Below, in pieces: positions 63,044-64,000 of a stretch of DNA of 64,000 nt (position 1 is the stretch's first letter; the number at the start of each line of letters is the position of its first letter). This DNA is from Octopus sinensis (lineage: Eukaryota). The translations under genes were made by a program, and so were the position numbers. The stretch spans positions 43,214,001-43,278,000 of the forward strand of contig NC_043007.1 of assembly GCF_006345805.1 (NCBI RefSeq), written 5' to 3'. The notes under the pieces are model-generated. The model was given only the letters and a program-made list of their open reading frames with translations, did not search any database and was not told the origin of the DNA.

Positions 63044-64000
63044 CTGAAATAAATTATTATATTATTCTATCATGTTGTTCCTATTTGTCACTACCTACGC
63101 ATGAATGTGTGTTATATAAACATATAGATAAATAGTTGGAAGTTTAAGTAAAAAATAGACAATATACCATACTATAAATATTAACTTATTAATTCCTGTG
63201 AACAAAGATTTATCTGGATATTGATGTTTGAAGCAATTTAAGTGGAGAATAATTTTACAGTAAATTTATCTGTAACTTATTTGTAGCAAAATTTTGTCAA
63301 ACAGAATGAAATTTGTACTAAACTGAACTTAGCTTACATAAGTTTAGTTCAATCATTAGACTGTAGTCATACCAAAACAACAAGCCTTCAAGAATTTTGC
63401 TCAGTTGACCTCTATACTTAAGTCAATCTAGTACACATTTTCTATTCATACAGTTTTTATTTATCAAAAGTTTTACCTTTCTGGAGTAAAAAGATAGAAC
63501 TCAACTATATGTCTATGTCTGCGCCTATCAAGTAAGCACCTACATGGTTGGCTAAGTTGCTAGAAATCACAGTCAACTCTCTCTCTCTCTCAAACCATAC
63601 ATCACCATCTTAGACAAAAGACACACTGGATAATGTGTTACTGATACACTGTGTCTTGAAATAAGATAGAATTATCAACTGTAAGATCTTTGACTACTGG
63701 TTAAAGATCTTACAGTCAGGGCTGATCTAGAGCTAAACAGCACAGTGGCCATCATAGGAGGAAATTAGCCATTACAAATTGAATAAATTGCTTTCAAGAA
63801 AGAACATTACTTTAGAAATTTTCTTGTCACAAAGAAATCACTTTAAAATAAGGAGGTATGAAATGAACTTTATGATAATTATCTTTATTGGCAAATTTTC
63901 AGTCTATTGTAGTATCTAACTTATTTTTATGTCTGAGGATTTTATTAATGTATGTGTGAATCTGAAGCAAGGAATTGTTCTTTCTCAACCATGAATAACA

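Overview
AT-rich, microsatellite-dense eukaryotic DNA. It is most likely intronic or intergenic sequence from an octopod cephalopod; this is an inference from the tRNA-derived SINE families, the RTE tails and the (TA)n/(CA)n density. No intact host protein-coding gene is recognisable. Almost all short ORFs in the track are microsatellite or repeat read-throughs. The window is a transposon graveyard. Retroelements: several RTE-clade LINE copies, a CR1-clade LINE, a Tx1/L1-like fragment and at least four SINE families. DNA elements: a full-length defective hAT element (TAGGGTTGCCAGA TIRs) with a nested Tc1/mariner MITE, Charlie/Buster, Tigger and mariner remnants, a piggyBac-type TTAA MITE family and Helitron-like pieces. 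The most interesting signals are: (i) a modular ~63-70 bp stem-loop array in the RTE 3'UTR, with covarying stems and hypervariable loops; (ii) a C4HC3 PHD-type finger inside the RTE reverse transcriptase; (iii) two hammerhead-ribozyme-like motifs in the first 500 bp; (iv) a covarying 3' stem-loop shared by a CR1 LINE and the main SINE family; (v) two unrelated ~270-bp near-perfect palindromes; (vi) a foldback SINE with a templated 27-nt insertion. A few weak host-exon candidates are noted. All calls come from reading the sequence by eye; no database search was run, and boundaries of decayed elements are approximate.
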